64,000 nt of DNA. It comes from Mustelus asterias. Taxonomy: Eukaryota. Of the stretch, positions 50,950 through 63,320 are shown piece after piece; positions within the stretch are counted from its first letter, which is position 1; each line of letters starts with the position of its first letter. Below the pieces are notes generated by a model. It did not search any database. It worked only from the letters and a program-made list of their open reading frames with translations, and was not told the origin of the DNA. The stretch spans positions 1,054,001 to 1,118,000 of the forward strand of contig NC_135820.1 in NCBI RefSeq assembly GCF_964213995.1, read 5' to 3'. The position numbers and the translations under genes were made by a program.

Positions 50950-51787
50950 GTCACATTCGCGCTACACAAGCCCCAAGCAATGACCATTATCCAACAAGTT
51001 AGGGACTCTCACCATCTCCCCCTTGACAGTCAATGGCATCACCGCCACTGAATCCCCCACAGTCAACATTCTTGGGTTTACCATTGACCAGAAACACATC
51101 CCCATCACTGAATCCCACCCCCTCCCTCCTCCCCTGCACTACCCACCCCCCCCAACCTCCCCCCCCCCCTTCCTCCCGCCCCGCCGCAACTATCAACATC
51201 CTGGGGGTCACCATTGACCAGAAACTCAACTGAACCCAGCCTTATAAACACAGTGGCGACAAGCGCATGTCAGGGGCTGGGAATCCTGCGGCGAATAACT
51301 CACCTCCTGACTCTGACTCCCCCCAAAGCCTGTCCGCCATCGACAAAGACACAAGTCAGGAGTGTGATAGGTGTGGATAAAGTAGGCGTGGAGCGGATGC
51401 TTCCTCTTATGGGGCATTCTAGGATGGGGGACCATAGTCTTAGGATCAGGGGCAGCAAATTTAAAACAGAGTTGAGGAGAAACTACTTCTCCCAGAGGGT
51501 TGTGAACCTGTGGAATTCACTATCCTAAAGTGCGGTGGGTGCTGGGACAGTGAGTACATTTAAGGAGGAGTTAGACAGATATTTAATTGGGAATGGGGTT
51601 GAAGGGTTATGGGGAGAAGGCAGGAAAATGGGGATGAGGAGCATATCAGCCATGATTGAATGGCGCAGCAGATTCGACGGGCCGAATGGCCTAATTCTGC
51701 TCCTATACCTTATGAACTTATGAATAGTCTCCACTTGCCTGAATGGGTGCGGCTCCAACAACACTCAAGAAGCTCGACACCATCCGG
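50950..51787 (+). mobile_element. CR1/L2-group LINE fragment with nested CR1 3' end (about 51370-51722)
   Basis: TESPTVNILG...QVRSV, then inserted RRNYFSQRVVNLWNSL plus tail, then resumes SPLA..GAAPTTLKKLDTI. Confidence 0.75.
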
Positions 51788-52520
51788 TGCGGCCAAATTC
51801 CCCTCCAATTCGATTTTCAAGTTTGCTGACGACACCACCGTAGTGGGTCGGATCTCAAACAATGACGAGACAGAGAACAGGAATGAGATAGAGAATCTGG
51901 TGAACTGGTGCGGCAACAATAATCTCTCCCTCAATGTCAACAAAACGGAGGAGATTGTCATCGACTTCAGGAAGCGTAAAGGAGGACATGCCCCTGTCTA
52001 CATCAACGGGGACGAAGTAGAAAGGGTCGAGAGCTTCAAGTTTTTAGGTGTCCAGACCACCAACAACCTGTCCTGGTCCCCCCATGCCGACACTATAGTT
52101 AAGAAAACCCATCTGAAGACTAAGGAACTTTGGCATGTCAGCTGCGACTCTCACCAACTTTTACAGATGCACCATAGAAAGCATCCTTTCTGGTTGTATC
52201 ACTGCTTGGTCTGGCTCCTGCTCTGCCCAAGACCGCAAGAAACTACAAAAGGTCGTGAATGTAGCCCAATCCATCACGCAAACCAGCCTCCCATCCATTG
52301 ACTCTGTCTACACTTCCCGCTGCCTCGGAAAAGCAGCCAGCATAATTAAGGACCCCACGCACCCCGGACATTCTCTCTTCCACCTTCTTCTGTCAGGAAA
52401 AAGATAAAAAAGTCTGAGGTCACGTACCAACCGACTCAAGAACAGCTTCTTCCCTGCTGCCGTCAGATCTTTGAATGGACCTAAAATATTAAGTTGATCT
52501 TTCTCTAAACCCAACTATGA
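51788..52520 (+). mobile_element. Rex1/Babar-like LINE RT fragment; its 3'UTR appears to resume at 53422-53566
   Basis: IFKFADDTTVVGRISNNDETE...WCGNNNLSLNVNKT...IDFRK...CTIESILSGCITAW. Confidence 0.85.
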
Positions 52521-52524
52521 CTTT

Positions 52525-53080
52525 TTTTTATTCATTCGTGGGACATGGGCGTCACTGGCTGGCCAGCATTTATTTCCCATCCCTAGTTGCCCTTGAGAAG
52601 GTGGTGGTGAGCTGCCTTCTTGAATCGCTGCAGTCCATGTTCTGTGGGATGATCCACAATGCCGTTAGGGAGGGAATTCCAGGATTTTGACCCAGCGACT
52701 GTGAAGGAACAGCGATATATTTCCAAGTCAGGATGCTGAGCGGCTTGGAGAGGAAAGTGCAGGTGGTGGTGTTCCTATGTATCTGCTGCCCTTGTCCTTC
52801 TAGATGGAAGTGGTCATGGATTAGGAAGGTGCTGTCTAAGGATCTTTGGTGAATTGCTGCAGTGCATCTTGTAGATAGTACACACTGCTGCTACTGAGCG
52901 TCGGGGGGTGGAGGGAGTGAATGTTTGTGGTTAGCGTGTCGATCAAGCGGGGCTGCTTTGTCCTGGATGGTGTCGAGCTTCTCGAGTGTTGTTGGAGCCG
53001 CACCCATCCAGGCGAGCGGGGAGTATTCCATCACACTCCTGACTTGTGTCCTTGTAGATGGTGGATAGGCTTTGGGGAGG
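52525..53080 (-). mobile_element. CR1/L2-group LINE 3' fragment
   Basis: Homologous to 130-700. Confidence 0.8.
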
Positions 53081-53106
53081 CAGGATGTAATACTGTAATA
53101 TCACAA

Positions 53107-53421
53107 AGTTAAAGGTAAAGTTTATTTATTAGTCACAAGTAGGCTTACATTCACACTGCAATGAAGTTACTGTGAAAATCCTCCAGTCGCCACACTCCGG
53201 TGCCTGTTCGGGTACACTGAGGGTGAATTTACCATGGCCAATGCACCCTAACCAGCACGTCTTTTGGACTGTGGGAGGAAACCAGAGCACCCGGAGGAAA
53301 CCCACGCAGACACGGGGAGAACGTGCAGACTCCACACAGACAGTGACCCAAGCCGGGAATGGAACCCGAATCCCTGGCGCTGTGAGGCAGCAGTGCTAAC
53401 CACTGTGCCACCGTGCTGCCC
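53107..53421 (-). mobile_element. V-SINE with type-B tail
   Basis: Full head, core and tail CCTACTTGTGACTAATAAATAAACTTT. Confidence 0.9.
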
Positions 53422-54149
53422 CATTCTGCACTCTCTCCTTTCCTTCTCCCCTATGTACTCTATGAATGGCATGTCTGTATTTTGCCTGCTTTGTCTGCAT
53501 AGCGCGCAAGAAACAATACTTTTCACTGTATCCCAATACATGTGACAATGGTAAATCAAATCAAACACCACTATCTGCCGTTTTGGGATTTGAACCCAGC
53601 TCCCCAGAGCATTACCTGAGTTTCTGGGTTAATGAGCTGGCAATAATACCACTGGGCCATCGCCTCCCCGCAATCCTGGGCCTAATTATACAATGCAATA
53701 GGTGCCACTGTGACATCTGATGTTGACATAGTTGAGGGGAAACAGGTTTGGGGCCTAGTGAGTCAGGTTCCCACAATATGGCCTCCCCCACACCTGGACT
53801 GCTTCATTATCACCACAAACCCAGCCTCAATTCAGTCACTTCCTTTCATTTCCACATCACCATGACGATCTCATTCAAGATATACAACAACTAATTAATT
53901 TGGATACTTGAGGAGAATAAACATCCGTTCAACGCATTCTTATCAGGACTCCTGATCTCAAACTGTGATTGGAAGACTTGGGCACATTGAAGGCCAAAAG
54001 GATAGATCAAATATTCCGGGCAGGCTGATGTGGAGCCTGACAGGGGACATATCAGTCAAATATTTGCCCCGGGATCCCTCTCAGGAGATATCAGGGACAG
54101 GTGACCAAATACTGGATCAAAGAGTTTTTATGTAGGAAGGGGGTGAGAC

Positions 54150-54520
54150 GGGCTTTAGGGAGGGAATTCCACAGCTTAGCCGCCCGACCCCCCAGGCAGC
54201 TGAAGGCACGGCTGCCAATGGTGGAGCGATGGGACTCGGGAGATGCTCAAGAGGCCGGAACCGGAGGAGCGCAGAGACCTCGGAGGGTCACAGGGGGCTG
54301 GAGGAGGTTACAGAGATAGGGAGGGTTGGAGGGGCTGGAGGAGGTTACAGAGATAGGGAGGGGTGTAGGGGCTGGAGGAGGTTACAGAGATAGGGAGGGG
54401 TGTAGGGGCTGGAGGACGTTACAGACATAGGGGGGTTTGTAGGGGGCTGGAGGAGGTTACAGAGATAGGGAGGGTTCAGGGGCTGGAGGAGCTTACAGAG
54501 ATGGGGAGGGTTGTAGGGGG
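54150..54520 (-). repeat. L2 remnant with short 37-bp array (about 6 copies)
   Basis: Reverse-strand equivalent of 13790-14850. Confidence 0.8.
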
Positions 54521-55214
54521 CTGAATGGGGCCTCCTCCTATTCCTGTGTAACAGGCTCGAGGGGGCTGAAATACTCCTGAGGCTAAGGCTCCAACCAGTC
54601 TGGAGTGTGTGCATAAACTCCATATCCTCTGTCCTACACTCTGTCTCTTCCTCCTCTCTCTATATTTCCTTCTCTGCTTCCCCTTCACTACCACCTCCAG
54701 CGTAGAAACTCCGACACCCGTGACTTGGTCGCTGGTTTCAACATGTGTTTCCTGCAGCGTGCCAGGGTACAGGATGAAGCAGAAACCAAAACCAAGGAGA
54801 GAGTGTGACATCTGTGAACCGAAAACCACAAATGTTTTGTTTCAGCCGAAGTTGCACATTGGCACAGAAGGGCGAACTTAAACCTTCTCTCTCAGTGACG
54901 AATTACAGAAACCCCGCCCCCGCTTCTATCTGCTGAGTGACAGTCCATAACTCTGACATCAGTCTCCCGACAGCTCAGAATCTCAGGAATGAATTCTATT
55001 CACCATTCCACAAAGCTCCCTTTTAAAAAAATGTCATCTGAAACTCTGGTTCCTGAGAATGAGGGGCACGAATGAGGGGCGAGAATGCGTGAGCAAAAGT
55101 ATTTGATCTACATGTTCAGTCCCAGCCAAAGAACTCTACAGACAACGCAATACTTCAGTCACTTTATTAATATCGGAAATTCCCATCGACTACTGGATTC
55201 CCAACCAAAGGCTC

Positions 55215-55775
55215 CCATTGAAGACCATTCCTCTAATCTCCTAACTGTCCCATCAAAGACCATCCCTCTAATCCCATAACTCTTCCATCGAAGACCGTCC
55301 CTCTAATCCCATAACTCTCCATCGAAGACCATCCCTCTAATCTCCTAACTCTCCCATCGAAGACCATCCCTCTGATCCCCTAACTCTCCCATCGAAGACC
55401 GTCCCTCTAATCCCATAACTCTCCCATCAAAGACCATCCCTCCAATCCCCTAACTCTCCCATTGAAGACCATCCCTCTAATCCCCTAACTCTCCATCGAA
55501 GACCATCCCTCTGATCCCATAACCCTCCCATCGAAGGCCATCCCTCCAATCCCCTAACTCCCACATCGAAGACCATCCCTCTAATCCTTAATTGTCCCAT
55601 CGAAGACCGTCCCTCTCATCCCCTAACACTCCCATCGAAGACCATCCCTCTAATCCCTAATTGTCCCATCGAAGACCATCCATCTCATCCCCGAACCCTC
55701 CCATCAAAGATCATCCCTCTAATCCCCTAACTCTCCATCGAAGACCATCCCTCCAATCCCCTGACTCTTCCATCT
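55215..55775 (+). repeat. 34/35-bp minisatellite, about 16 copies
   Basis: Unit ATCGAAGACCATCCCTCTAATCCCCTAACTCTCCC; starts at 55321, 55356 and 55391. Confidence 0.92.
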
Positions 55776-56289
55776 TGGATGTCCTTTGGCCGATTATGAA
55801 AGTAGTGCAGGTGATCATGTGATAGAAACTAGCCTCCATTTATGGAGAGGCACATGTCATAGAGTCATAGAGTAGTTGTAGTTGTGCCTCCTTCACTATT
55901 ACCTGCTTCCACAAAGCCTACATTCCTACGTGCTATTCTAGAGATGCAATGACCATAATGTGAAGCAAACCGCAGACCCCTTTTGGCTTGGCCCTCTAAT
56001 GTGCTGGTGTGGGAGCGAACAGGAATCAGCTTAGTTAGAAGGGAAGAAGACTTCCTTCAGAAGACAGTTGTTCATCTCTTGAGTAACACACAGCAATGTA
56101 GACTTGTCGACAATAATGATGGATAATTATAGCAACACATTGCATAGAATGCATTAGGGATAGTTTCCTAGAACAATACGTAATGGAGCCAATCAGGGAA
56201 CAGGCTATCCTGGGCCTGGTAATGAGGCAGGTTTCATAAATTACCTCATAGTCTAAGATCTGCTCAGAAGTAGTGACCATAGCATGATG

Positions 56290-56607
56290 GGTGGCACGGT
56301 GGCACAGTGGTTAGCACTGCTGTCTCACAGCTCCAGGACATGGGTTCGATTCCCGGCTTCGGGTCACAGTCTGTATGGAGTTTGCATATTCTCCCCGTGT
56401 CTGCGTGGGTTTCCTCCGGGTGCTCCGGTTTCCTCCCACAGTCCAAAGATGTGCGGGTTAGGTTGATTGGCCGTGGTAAATTGACCCTAATGTCAGGGGG
56501 ATTAGCAGGGTAAATGAGGGTAGTGGGAATAGGGCCTGGGTGGGATCGAGGTTGGTACAGACTCGATGGGCCAAATGGTCTCCTTCTGTACTGTAGGAAT
56601 TCTATGA
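56290..56607 (+). mobile_element. HE1 V-SINE inserted in a degraded CR1 ORF2 fragment (about 56140-56920)
   Basis: Head, core and tail. Flanks read FLEQYVMEP..EQAILGL and WLSEEAKESITLKEKA..DWDEFKIQQRRTKKII. Confidence 0.8.
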
Positions 56608-56919
56608 AACAATTAAATGAGGATAGAGTTGGTTAAAGTGGACTGGGCGGAGAGGTTAGCAAGAAAGACAGTAAGCGAGCAGCGGCAAACATATTGAGGA
56701 GGTAATTCCTAATTCTCAGCCAAAATATATCCCAGTGAGGAGGAAAGATTCTAAGAGAGAGATAAACCAACTATGGCTCAGTGAGGAAGCTAAGGAGAGT
56801 ATTACGTTGAAAGAAAAAGCACAGAAAGGAGTCAAAGTCAGCCATAGCCCGAAAGATTGGGATGAATTCAAAATCCAGCAAAGGAGGACCAAAAAGATAA
56901 TACAAAGAGAGAAAAAAAT

Positions 56920-57320
56920 TAAAAGTTTATTTATTAATGTCACAGGTCAGCTTACATTAACACTGCAATGAAGTTACTGTGAAAGTCCCCTAGACGCCAC
57001 ACTCCGGCGCATGTTCGAGTACACTGAGGGAGAATTTAACACGGCCGCTGTACCTAACCAGCGTGTCATAGACTCGAATAGAATCATAGAATCCCTACAA
57101 TGCAGAAAGAGGCCATTCAGCCCATCGAGTCTGCACCAACAACAATCCCACTTAGGCCCGATACCCGTAACCCCACGTATTTACCCTGCGAGTCCCCCGA
57201 CACTAAGGGACAATTTATCACGGCCAGTCCACCTGCACATCTTTGGAGTGTGGGAGGAAACCGGAGCACCCGGAGGAAACCCACGCGGACACGGGGAGAA
57301 CATGCAAACTCCGCACAGAC
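56920..57320 (-). mobile_element. Two adjacent partial V-SINEs (type-B tail, then HE1 tail and core)
   Basis: Both tail types are present back to back. Confidence 0.7.
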
Positions 57321-57354
57321 AATGGGGCAGCATAAAACTGACAATAAGAGCTTC

Positions 57355-57915
57355 TCAGTTAAATGCGAGGTGATGCATTTTGGAAGATCAAATTCAAGTG
57401 TGAATTATACAGTAAATGGCAGAACCCTTGGGAGCATTGACACCACAGAGGGATCTGGGTGTACAGGTCCACAGTTCCCTGAAAGTGGCCACTCAAGTGG
57501 ATAAGGTGATCAAGAAGGCGTGCTTGCCTTTATCAGGCTCCAGCTCCAGAAACCTTTAGTTAAGCCACATTTAGAATATTGCGCACAGTTCTGGTTGCCA
57601 CACTGCCAGAAGGACGTGGATGCTTTGGAGAGAAAGTGCAAAGAAAGTTCACCAGGATGTTGCCTGGTCTCGAGGGCGTTGGCTACGAGAAGAGGTTGAA
57701 TAAACTAGGATTGTTTTCACGGAAAGGCGGAGGCTGAGGGGTGACCTGATAGAGATCTACACAATGATGAGAGGCGTAGACAGAGTGGATAGTCAGAGGC
57801 TTTTTCCCCAGGGTGGAAGTGTTAATTACAAGGGGGCACAGGTTCAAGGTGAGAGGGGGAAGTTTTTCACGCAGAGAGCGGTGGGTGCCTGGAACGCGCT
57901 GCCAGAGGAGACAGC
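57355..57915 (+). mobile_element. Degraded CR1 3' fragment
   Basis: KCEVMHFGRSN...LEYCAQFW...FFTQRAVGAWNALP with frameshifts. Confidence 0.8.
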
Positions 57916-58407
57916 GGAATGGCAAGTTCAAAGGGCAACGAGAGGGGCGCAATAAATGCTGGCCCAGCAATGCCCACATCCCACAACTGAATTTAAATTT
58001 AAATTTACTACAATTAGGTGAGATCACCGATTGGTCAGCTTTGTTTGGTAAATAAATCTTACCGAATATGGTTGCCGTGTGGGGGAGGCTTATTTAAGAT
58101 GGATCCACACATCCTCTCAGTCACCGATCTGGAAGTATCGATGTCGTAACGCACCTTGCAGAGCTAACGCAGGAATGCAGTTTACGCTTAGGGCTACTTT
58201 ATTCGGTTACATCACTGACTGAGGAATGCAGTCAGGCAAGGACTAACTCAGAGTACCGTACCCTGGCAATAGCTCTGCTGTCCAATCCCATCATCGGAGG
58301 TGTTAATGGCATCAAACAAACTCTCCAAGGGGCCAATGGAGTGCTTCCTGTCCCAATCACACATCACAAGGAAAGGCCATTCAGCCCCCATCGTTCCTGC
58401 ACTAAAT

Positions 58408-59066
58408 CTTAAAGTTTACTTATTAGTGTCATAAGTAGGCTTACATTAACACTGCAATGAAGTTACTGTGAAAATCCCCGAACCGCCACACTCCACCGTC
58501 TGTTCGGGTACACGGAGGGAGAACTTAGCACCTAACCAGCACGTCTTTTGAACTGTGGGAGGAAACCGGAGCACCCGGGGGAAACCCACGCAGACACGGG
58601 GAGAATGTGCAAACTCCACACAGACAGTGACCCAAGCCAGGAATTGAACCCAGGTCCCTGGGGCCGTGGGGCCGCAGTGCTAACCACTGTGCCACCCAAA
58701 AAGAAACAGGCCCTTTGGCCTACCATGTCTACACCAACCACCAAATACCTATACTAATCCCATTTCATTTATATATTAGTGTCACAAGTAGGCTTACATT
58801 AACACTGCAATGAAGTTACTGTGAAAATCCCCGAACCGCCACACTCCGGCGCCTGTTGGGGTACACTGAGGGAGAATTTAGCACAGCCAATGCACCTAAC
58901 CAGCACGTCTTTGGACTGTGGGAGGAAACCGGAGCACCCGGAGGAAACCCACGCAAACACAGGGAGAATGTGCAAACTCCACATAGACAGTGACCCAAGC
59001 TGGGAATCTGACCAGGGTCCATGGTGCTGTGAGGCAGCAGTGCTAACCACTGTGCCACTGTGCCGC
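58408..59066 (-). mobile_element. Two tandem type-B V-SINEs (58408-58697, 58770-59066)
   Basis: Two heads, cores and tails. Confidence 0.85.
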
Positions 59067-59109
59067 CTAGTTCTTATGTCCTCTACATGTTCATTGAAGG
59101 ACCTCATTT

Positions 59110-59458
59110 GGGCGGCACGGTAACACAGTGGTTAGCACTGCTGCTTCACAGCTCCAGGGACCCCGGTTGGATCCCGGCTCGGGTCACTGTCTGTGTGAAG
59201 TTTGCACATTCTCCTCGTGTCTGTGTGGGTTTCCTCCGGGTGCCCCGGTTTCCTCCCACAGTCCAAAGATGTGCGGGTTAGGTTGATTGGCCAGGTTAAA
59301 ATTGCCCCTTAGTATCCTGAGATGCATAGGTTAGAGGGATTAGCGGGTAAATATGTAAGGATATGGGGATAGGGCCTGGGTGGGATTGTGGTCGGTGCAG
59401 ACTCGATGGGCTGAATGGCCTCTTTCTGCACTGTAGGGTTTCTATGCTTCTATGGTTC
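59110..59458 (+). mobile_element. HE1 V-SINE, head-to-head with the preceding SINE
   Basis: Head, core and HER1-like tail. Confidence 0.88.
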
Positions 59459-59783
59459 TGATACCTGAAACGGTTCATTACATCACCCCCACTCATTCCT
59501 CCGCCACGGGGAGGATTATAAATCCGAGCCTCAGGCAGACTGAGTAACCTCCCTCGATGGTGCTCACTGATCTAGGGTGTAAATTGTTTTGGGGAGTGGG
59601 GGGGAGGAATGTGTGTGTGGGGTGGGGGGTGGTGTTTACACACATGTTGATATCCCTCCAGCCGCTGGCAATGATTGACTCCACTGCCTTCAGGCCGAGG
59701 GGGGTGCATTGTGCAATGAATCTCACTGCGCTTGGTCCACATGTGTGCAGCTGGTGATCTCAGAGGAGGGAGGAGCCTCTCGA

Positions 59784-59963
59784 GGGGAAAGTCCATGTTT
59801 TCCTTTTCGGTTTCAGCCGACAATATCCAACAGTTCTCTGGTGAGGAATACACTTGATCTGAGGCTGGCCGAGTGAGTGGATCACACATTTCTCTCCTGC
59901 TGACAACACGGACAATCCCTCGGGTGACAAGCTCTCAGCCTTCTCTACGTGCCCTAGGTAAGT
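59784..59963 (+). promoter_or_regulatory. Candidate NF-kB plus ISRE promoter and non-coding exon ending at donor 59957|59958
   Basis: GGGGAAAGTCC 59784-59794; TTTTCGGTTTC 59804-59814 (contains GAAACCGAAA on the minus strand); consensus donor AG|GTAAGT; all three frames closed. Confidence 0.45.
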
Positions 59964-60239
59964 CCCACAGAGACGTTTAGACCTGATGAAACAGATCTTA
60001 AAACTCCTGAGACAAAAATAAAACCTTGTGCGAAACAGCTTGCCAAATTCCTTTGAGAATAATTTCTATCTGAAGCAGAACTTCTGCGAATAGTTAATAA
60101 ATTGAGTTAAATTTAAATCTGACCTTTGTTTAAAATGCACAGTGAGAATTAAATTAAATGTAAATTCAGCATTTGAGAATCGTCTGAAGTGAATGATAAT
60201 TTTCATGGGGCAATAATTTCTCTCCAGAGAGAAATGTTT

Positions 60240-60542
60240 CTTTTAACTTTAATTTATGAGTGTCACAAGTAGGTTTACATTAACACTGCAATGAAGTTAC
60301 TAGGGGATGAAAATCCCCTAGTCGCCACACTCCGGTGCCTGTTCGGGTACACTGAGGGAGAATTTCGCACCTAACCAGCATGTCTTTCGGACTGTGGGAG
60401 GAAACCGGAGCACCCGGAGGAAACCCACGCAGACACGGGGAGAACGTGCAGATTCCGCACAGACAGTGACCCAAGCCGGGAATCGAACCCGGGTCCCTGG
60501 CGCTGTGAGGCAGCAGTGCTAACCACTGTGCCACCGTGCCAC
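60240..60542 (-). mobile_element. V-SINE with type-B tail
   Basis: Head, core and tail. Confidence 0.88.
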
Positions 60543-60819
60543 CCACACTAGGGGCAATAATTTCTACTTGGAGAGAAATGTTTGGGAATAATTTAACACT
60601 TGAGTGAAGTTTTTGTCTGAGAATTATTCAGTTTTTTTTGTGAATAGTTCAAAATTGAATTTAAACTTTTGATTTTCATCTAAACTTCTTGGAATTATTT
60701 CAAGTTAAAATTAAAATTTGGGGAAATTTTTTGCAAGTAAATTTTCAAGTATCTTAAAACTGTTAACAGTCAATTGATATTTTTATAAAAATAAATCTGT
60801 TGTGTGAACTTAATTTTTT

Positions 60820-61390
60820 ATTCTTTTGTGGGCTGTCGCTGGCCGGGTCCAGCATTTATTGCCCATCCCTAATTGCCCCTTGAGAAGGTGGAGGGTGAGC
60901 CGCCATCTTGAACCCGCCGCAGTCCCTGAGGTGTAGGTACACCCACAGTGCTGTTAGGGAGGGAGTTCCAGGATTTAGACCCAGCCACAGTGAAGGAACG
61001 GCCGATATATTTCCAAGTCGGGATGGTGAGTGACTTGGAAGAGAACCTCCAGGTGGGGGTGTTCCCAGGTATCTGCTGCCCTTGTCCTTCTAGATGGTAG
61101 CGGCCGTGGGTTTGGAAGGTGCAGCCGAAGGAGCCTTGGTGAGATGCTGCAGTGCATCTTGTAGATGGTACACACGGCTGTCACTGTGCGTCGGGGGTGG
61201 AGGGAGTGAATGTTTGTGGTTAGCGTGTCGATCAAGCGGGGCTGCTTTGTCCTGGATGGTGTCGAGCTTCTTGAGTGTTGTTGGAGCTGCACCCATCCAG
61301 GCAAGTGGGGAGTATTCCATCACACTCCTGACTTGTGTCCCTGTAGACGATGGACAGGCTTCAGGGAGTCAGGAGGTGAGTTACTCGGGC
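60820..61390 (-). mobile_element. CR1/L2-group LINE 3' fragment
   Basis: VMEYSPLAWMGAAPTTLKKLDTIQDKAA; homologous to 130-700. Confidence 0.82.
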
Positions 61391-61453
61391 ATCTTGAGTG
61401 TTGTTGGGGGTTTGGTATAATGGAGAATTCCTGACAGAGAATTCCATGGAAAA

Positions 61454-61505
61454 ATGCTTCATCTCCACGTGTTTGGACTCCATTTTTTGGTACTGTCAAC
61501 AATTG
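61454..61505 (+). CDS. Candidate signal-peptide exon of a second gene
   Basis: ATG-initiated MLHLHVFGLHFLVLSTI, then phase-1 donor G|GTAATC. The acceptor at 61437 is weak and a competing ATG lies at 61446. Confidence 0.25.
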
Positions 61506-61676
61506 GTAATCTTGCAGTTGATCAATCTTCCCCCCGTCAGGGGAAGCAGGGAAGAGTCCAAACGGATTCAATGAGACCACAACAGGGAATACTGTGCCCA
61601 GTCTTAGTCTTCTTATCTCAGGAGAATTAGACCTGTCTCAGATGGAGTGTGGCAAAACCTCACTAGCCAGATTCCG

Positions 61677-62345
61677 GGGCTGGCACGGTGGCACAGTGGT
61701 TGGCACTGCTGCCCCACAGCCCCAGATTCAATTCCCGGCTTGGGTCACTGTCTGCGTGGAGGTTGCATGTTCTCCCCGTGTCTGCGTGGATTTCCTCCGG
61801 GTGCTCCGGTTTCCTCCCACCGTCTGAAAGATGTGCAGGTTTGGTGAATTGGCCATGCTAAATTGTCCCTTAGTGCCCAAAGATGTGTAGGTTAGGTGGA
61901 TTGGCCATGCTAAATTGTCCCTTAGTGCCCAAAGATGTGTAGGTTAGGTGGATTGGCCATGCTAAATTGTCCCTTAGTGCCCAAAGATGTGCAGGTTTGG
62001 TGAATTGGCCATGCTAAATTGTCCCTTAGTGCCCAAAGATGTGTAGGTTAGGTGGATTGGCCATGCTAAATTGTCCCTTAGTGCCCAAAGATGTGTAGGT
62101 TAGGTGGATTGGCCATGCTAAATTGTCCCTTAGTGCCCAAAGATGTGCAGGTTAGGTGGATTGGCCATGCTAAATTGTCCCTTAGTGCCCAAAGATGTGT
62201 AGGTTAGGTGGATTGGCCATGCTAAATTGTCCCTTAGTGCCCAAAGATGTGTAGGTTAGGTGGATTGGCTGTGCTAAATTGACCATTAGTGTCCAAAGAT
62301 GTGCAGATTAGGGCAGAGGGCCTGGGTAAGATGATCTTTCGGGGA
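61677..62345 (+). mobile_element. HE1 V-SINE with an internal 52-bp segment expanded about 9 times (61827-62310)
   Basis: Unit AAAGATGTGTAGGTTAGGTGGATTGGCCATGCTAAATTGTCCCTTAGTGCCC; starts at 61879 and 61931. Confidence 0.9.
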
Positions 62346-62769
62346 GATGGGGGAGATGGTGGCATAGTGGTAATGTCACTGGACTAGTGATCCAGAGACA
62401 CCCATGCTGGGTTCACAGGTTCAAATCCAAGCATGGCAACTGGTGGAAGTCTAATTCAATTAATTTGTGACTTTTACCCAGGAATAGGATGGGAATAAAG
62501 GGATATAGTCCCCCGGAAAGGTAGAGGGTTTTAGTTCAGATAGGCAGCATGGTTGGTGCAGGTTTGGAGGGGTGAAGGGCCTGTTCCTAGGCTGTAATTT
62601 TCTTTGTTTTTTAAGTCAGTGCAAACTGGATGGGCCAAACAGCCACTCTCTGCACTGTTGGGATTCTGTGGTGCTGTGAAGAGGGGTGTCTTATGACGAG
62701 ATATGGAGGAGTTTTGGCCGATGTCTGCCAGAGGTCAGAAGATCTAGTGAGGCAAATAGCTAAAGATGA

Positions 62770-63320
62770 GCTGAATGCGAGGTAGGCCCATTCACAAGTC
62801 TGATGGCAGCAGGGAAGAAGCTGTTCTTGAGTCGGTTGGTACGTGACCTCAGACTTTTGTATCTTTTTCCCGATGGAAGAAGGTGGAAGAGAGAATGTCC
62901 GGGGTGCGTGGGGTCCTTGATTATGCTGGTTGCTTTTCCGAGGCAGCGGGAAGTGTAGACAGAGCCAATGGATGGGAGGCTGTTTTGCGTGATGGACTGG
63001 GCTACATTCACAACCCTTTGTAGTGCCTTGCGGTCTTGGACAGAGCAGGAGCCATACCAAGCTGTGATACAACCAGAAAGAATGCTTTCTATGGTACATC
63101 TGTAAAAGTTGATGAGGGTTGTAGCTGACATGCCGAATTTCCTTAGTCCTCTGAGAAAGTAGAGGCGCTGGTGGACTTTCTTAACTATAGTGTCGGCATG
63201 GGGGGACCAGGACAGGGTGTTGGTGATCTGGACACCTAAAAACGTGAAGCTCTCGACCATTTCCACTTCACCCCCGTTGATGTCGACAGGGGCATGTTCT
63301 CCAATACACTTCCTGCAGCT
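62770..63320 (-). mobile_element. Rex1/Babar-like LINE fragment
   Basis: VESFTFLGVQIT...QRLYFLRGLRKFGMS...FYRCTIESILSGCITAWYG...RLKNSFFPAAIR. Confidence 0.85.

Noticed and set aside
3654-61847. Recurrent short ORFs (MAQWLALLPHS, MVSTAASQRQ, MDCGRKPEHP) and tRNA-like A/B boxes
   Set aside because: Translations and Pol III heads of V-SINEs, not genes or tRNAs.
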